From: an uncultured virus (IMG/VR IMGVR_UViG_3300033233_000011)
Taxonomy: Duplodnaviria; Heunggongvirae; Uroviricota; Caudoviricetes
Virus record (IMG/VR): IMGVR_UViG_3300033233_000011
Reading direction: 5' to 3' (one strand)
DNA length: 57,384 bases
The notes under the pieces are model-generated. The model had not been told where the DNA came from and searched no databases. It saw only the letters and a program-made list of their open reading frames with translations. Below are positions 54,053 to 57,384 of the stretch, piece by piece (position 1 is the first letter of the stretch; the number at the start of each line of letters is the position of its first letter). A program made the position numbers and the translations under genes.

Positions 54053-55004
54053 AGATCGCCTCCATCGCCGCGCGCACAAACACAGCGGCTACGTGTGGCA
54101 CAATCGCGTTTCCGTAGGCTCTCAACATCCCGACCCGCGACGTTTCTTGACGGGTGCCGTCTGGTCCCACTCGGGCGGGAGCCCCATGAGCCAGCGGGAA
54201 TGTGCCGGGTTCAACTGGCCGGAGCTTTCCGTCGAGGCAGGGGAGCCAGTGGGCTCCGGCCCAGAAGCCACGTAGAGGGTCATCGCGTTTCCCAGCGTGA
54301 GGCCGAAGCCGTTGCCGTTCTTCGTTCGCTTCTTGCACTCGGCGCGGCGTTCCAGAAGTCGCTCGCGGTCGAGCGTTCGCATCTCTTGCGCGCTCGGGCT
54401 CGGCCAGTGCGCCAGCAGCACCGTGTCGTCGAGATTGCGCGGCGAACGTGGACGGAAGTGTCGCGCCGCTTGGCCGCCGCCCTCTCTCCCGTCGCGCCTC
54501 TGCGGTGTGGGCCACGAACCAGAGCCTTTGTCGGACATGCGGGGCACCGATGCCCGCAGCGCACAGATCCGCAGCCCCGAAAGCGTAGCCCTCTCCTTCC
54601 AAGTCAGCTTGAACAGCCCCGAGCCAAGCGAGGCCGTCGAAGCTCGCAACCTGCTCTCCAAAGACGATTGCAGGGCGGCACTCGCGGAGGAGCCGGAACC
54701 AGTCAGGCCAGAGGTGACGCTCGTCGCTGGCTCCGCGCTTTTGCCCTGCGTGCGAGAACGGCTGGCAGGGACAGGAGCCCGTCCAAACGGGAACGTCGTC
54801 TGGCCATCCGGCGAGCCGGAGCGCGTACGACCAGACCCCGACGCCGGCGAAGGCGTGGAACTGCGTAGCCCCGGCAACGTCGGCGGCTCGAAGCTCGCGG
54901 ATGCTGCGGTGTTCGACGGCGCCCGGAGCGATGTGACCGGCCGCGACGAGGTTGCCGAGCCAAGTTGCGGCGTATGGTTCAATCTCATTGTAAAGAGCCC
55001 TCAC
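54036..55004 (-). CDS. DNA cytosine-5 methyltransferase, large (alpha) polypeptide
   Basis: FAGVG (I), GSCPCQPFS (IV), GEQV (VI), RQRLWFV (VIII), YGNAIVP (X); no motif IX in this frame. Confidence 0.9.
   Translation of the reverse strand: MRALYNEIEPYAATWLGNLVAAGHIAPGAVEHRSIRELRAADVAGATQFHAFAGVGVWSYALRLAGWPDDVPVWTGSCPCQPFSHAGQKRGASDERHLWPDWFRLLRECRPAIVFGEQVASFDGLAWLGAVQADLEGEGYAFGAADLCAAGIGAPHVRQRLWFVAHTAEARRERGRRPSGATLPSTFAAQSRRHGAAGALAEPERARDANARPRATSGTPRRVQEANEERQRLRPHAGKRDDPLRGFWAGAHWLPCLDGKLRPVEPGTFPLAHGAPARVGPDGTRQETSRVGMLRAYGNAIVPHVAAVFVRAAMEAICAANS
54122..54988 (-). CDS. Nested alternate-frame small (beta) polypeptide of the C5-MTase; true start uncertain
   Basis: WPTP and WPSP repeats, plus motif-IX-like GQLNPAHSRWLMGLPPEW. 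Confidence 0.7.
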   Translation of the reverse strand: MRLNHTPQLGSATSSRPVTSLRAPSNTAASASFEPPTLPGLRSSTPSPASGSGRTRSGSPDGQTTFPFGRAPVPASRSRTQGKSAEPATSVTSGLTGSGSSASAALQSSLESRLRASTASLGSGLFKLTWKERATLSGLRICALRASVPRMSDKGSGSWPTPQRRDGREGGGQAARHFRPRSPRNLDDTVLLAHWPSPSAQEMRTLDRERLLERRAECKKRTKNGNGFGLTLGNAMTLYVASGPEPTGSPASTESSGQLNPAHSRWLMGLPPEWDQTAPVKKRRGSGC

Positions 55005-55321
55005 AATTTGATCTCGCGTGTTCCTGCCACTCGAACCCAACCAGCGGGGCCGGCTTCCCAGCGCCCCACGAGCTTCTTGCGGCGGACGCCGTAAGAGCCG
55101 GGACGGTCCGCAGTCCACACCTCGACCGCTTTCGTGCCGGGCTCCGACGTTGCCTTGGCGACGAGTTCTGCGGCCGACGGAAGATCGTGGACGGTAGTGA
55201 TGTTCGCGTCGCGTGATGGAGACACGCCAGAACGAAGTGCCTGATGCGTGTGCGGCCACGAGTACACCTCGAAGCTGCGGCCGCTGCCCATCGGATTCGA
55301 AAACATCTTCCAGTCGGTCAT
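55001..55321 (-). CDS. FSNP-tagged small protein
   Basis: ATG 55321 after GGAGG; starts MTDWKMFSNPMG. Confidence 0.65.
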   Translation of the reverse strand: MTDWKMFSNPMGSGRSFEVYSWPHTHQALRSGVSPSRDANITTVHDLPSAAELVAKATSEPGTKAVEVWTADRPGSYGVRRKKLVGRWEAGPAGWVRVAGTREIKL

Positions 55322-55458
55322 CGGGACCTCCGGCGCCAGTCTACACCCCTCGTCGACCGGCCCGGGGAGGCACTCGACCCGGACCGGTCCCGGGGCGGGA
55401 TTTCGCCCCGGCGCCGCGGGGGAGCGGCTGACGAAGTTCTTCATTGGCCCGCGGCGGT

Positions 55459-55695
55459 TCACTTCGCGACGCTCCGACCTTCCATCACGTCCCTGAGTGT
55501 TCTGATCCCGCACTGAACGGCCTTTCCGTGCGCGAAGCAGAGCCGGGCGCCGTGGATCTCGACGCAGCTCTCTCGGTTGCAGCGATTCCCGTTGACCCTG
55601 ATCTCCGCCTCGTTGATCGACCGCGCCTGGCAGCGCAGTTCGTCGCGCACGAGCCTGCCGGTGATCTTCTGGGATTTCAAGCGATCTGGTTTCAT
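55459..55695 (-). CDS. Small Cys/His protein
   Basis: CQA...RCNR...CFAH. Confidence 0.5.
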   Translation of the reverse strand: MKPDRLKSQKITGRLVRDELRCQARSINEAEIRVNGNRCNRESCVEIHGARLCFAHGKAVQCGIRTLRDVMEGRSVAK

Positions 55696-55756
55696 GTTGC
55701 ACCTGCACGTCTGGTCACTGAATAGCCGGACACCGATGAACGTGTGCGCAGGGTCG

Positions 55757-57260
55757 TCATGACCAGTCCTCCAGGAGCTTTAGGATCCGGCGAGCACACG
55801 ACTTAGACGTCTCGCGGTGTTCGTGGCTCGCGTTTGACCAGGCCATCTCGACGTCTTCCTGGGTCAGCCGGTGGAACGGGTGCCGCAGCGGGTTGTGGCA
55901 GAGCAAGATGCGAGCGAGCCGGGCGACGATCCGGCCGCGGCTCTGGGTGGTTCGTGCGGTCACTCGCCCGCCCCCCGCAGCCGCTCGCGCAGCCGCCCCA
56001 GCTCCGAGTCCGCGGCGACGTGCCGCAGCGCGCGGGCGGCCTCCGAGCAGAGGGTCTGGAGGGCCAGGAGCCGGTTCTCCGTGGGGCGCCCGGCCAGCCC
56101 CCGCGCGGCGAGCTTGCCCTCGGCCTCGCGCAGCTCCCGCCCGACGTCGGCGAGCATGACCGCCAGCCACACGACGGCGCAGGCGAGCAGGGACAGCTCC
56201 ACGGGCGCCAGCCAGTCCGGCCCGCGTGCGGCCAGTAGGACGCAGAGGGCGGAGAAGACCGCGGACGAGAGCAGGACGGTGACGCCGCGGCGCCAGGCGG
56301 GGGCTTGGGTCACTTGAGTACTTCCCGCGCCCGGCGCAGGTCCCCGACCGTGACGCCGCACTCGTCGAGGCCCATGGTCGCGAGGTCGGTCGCGTCGGGC
56401 TCCGGTGCGTCGGCGACCATCGGCGGCGGGTCCGTCCGCGGCTCGAAGCGGCGGGCCTGGGCAGCGAACGGACCGAGGGCCGCGCGCAGCTTCGCGATCT
56501 CGGCGCGCCCCGCCATCGCCTCCGGCGAGACGCCCATCGCCCCGGTCTCGACGGCGTCGGAGACCATGTCCACGATCGTCAGGCCCTCCGTCGGGTGCCC
56601 GACGAGCCGCGCGACGCCGTTCAGGTCGAGCGTCAGCTCGGCGAGCTGGGCTCGTGCTCGCGTGACTTCCACGCGGGCGTCGTCCCGCTCCTCTCGCATC
56701 GTGTCCCAGTGCCGGACCGACTCGGGGTCGAGCTGCTCGCGCCGGGAGCGGATCTCCGTGACCAACCCGAGCAGCGTCCCCGGCTCCACGAGCACGGCCT
56801 CCCCTTTGGCGAGGTGGTACCGGGCGTGGGCTTCGAGTTCGGCGAGGTTCATGGGCATGGCTCCCTTGCACGCTGTTCGAGGGCGTCAGCAATCCGGTCC
56901 TTTTCGTCGGCCAAGGCTTCGAGGTAGCGCGCGGATCGTTCGGCGTGATCACGCTCCTCGCGCGCCCTCTGACGGAGGAGCAGGGCTTGCTCACGATGTT
57001 GGTGCACCTGCTTTGCCTCAAATTTCATGTGAGGCTTCCTGCTTCTGCGACCCGTACGCCTCCGCGATCTTGACAGCGACCGCGTGCTCCAGCGCGGCGC
57101 GCGGACAGCCATCGCGCTTCGCCAGCTTGATCGCGGTCGCGATCAAGATACCCGTGACCTGACCGGAGAACTCCGAGCGCGGCAGCATCTTGTACTTCTC
57201 GCGCAGCTTCTCGACTACCTCGCCGAGCGCCGTGTCGATCTCGTCGTGCATGTTGATCAT
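55757..57260 (-). CDS. Run of small coupled hypothetical ORFs (about 55757-55963, 55960-56313 membrane protein, 56310-56858, 56849-57028, 57018-57260)
   Basis: Overlapping start/stop codons; 55960-56313 has two hydrophobic helices. Confidence 0.5.
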
Positions 57261-57384
57261 CGTGTCTCCCACTTCTTCAGCATTTCTACCTGACCTCCCG
57301 TGCATTGCGGCGAATGATCTGCGCTCGACGGCGCAGCGATGGCAGTACCTTGCAGAGCAGATGCACGCGCACCGGATCGACCGC

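Noticed and set aside
1..57384. Integrase/att sites, tRNA/rRNA genes, IS elements, terminase/portal/tail genes
   Set aside because: None recognisable by eye; absence is not proven without tRNAscan/HMM searches and the flanking sequence

Overview
This GC-rich window looks like a large fragment of an unclassified dsDNA bacterial virus or provirus. It has roughly 90 tightly packed genes, many with ATGA/GTGA overlaps: minus strand 1-41.9 kb, plus strand 42.1-48.2 kb, minus strand 48.2-57.3 kb. The left third (1-18 kb) is a candidate virion morphogenesis module with no recognisable terminase, portal, HK97 capsid or tail genes. Instead it has beta-rich candidate capsid proteins, a K/R-rich protein with membrane helices and LysM, many membrane-anchored proteins, a peptidoglycan-binding protein, a zincin plus glucosaminidase-like protein and a transglutaminase-like Cys-His-Asp protein, which suggests a tailless, membrane-containing virion (inference). 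The middle encodes nucleotide-metabolism and anti-defence-type genes (ThyX, DHH, MazG-like, DUF2829/Tad2-like, RyR, NDT-like), a HerA-like ATPase, a RecB-like nuclease, an iteron-rich candidate origin, a primase-helicase, DinG and SF2 helicases and an SSB-like gene, followed by a divergent switch of two small HTH genes. The right part has accessory genes, two DNA methyltransferases and an HNH-like nuclease. The most striking signals are: (1) an N-terminal 'RFSNP' tag on six unrelated proteins spread over 46 kb and both strands; (2) an 'EW[I/L]...GxLG' motif on nine membrane/virion-module proteins; (3) an HNH cassette that replaced the 3' end of a C5-methyltransferase with a recoded copy, leaving the old tail as a coupled mini-ORF. 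A myxobacterial host is a tentative inference. All family calls come from motif recognition by eye, with no database search. Many starts were moved from the ORF track to GTG/ATG codons that overlap the upstream stop.
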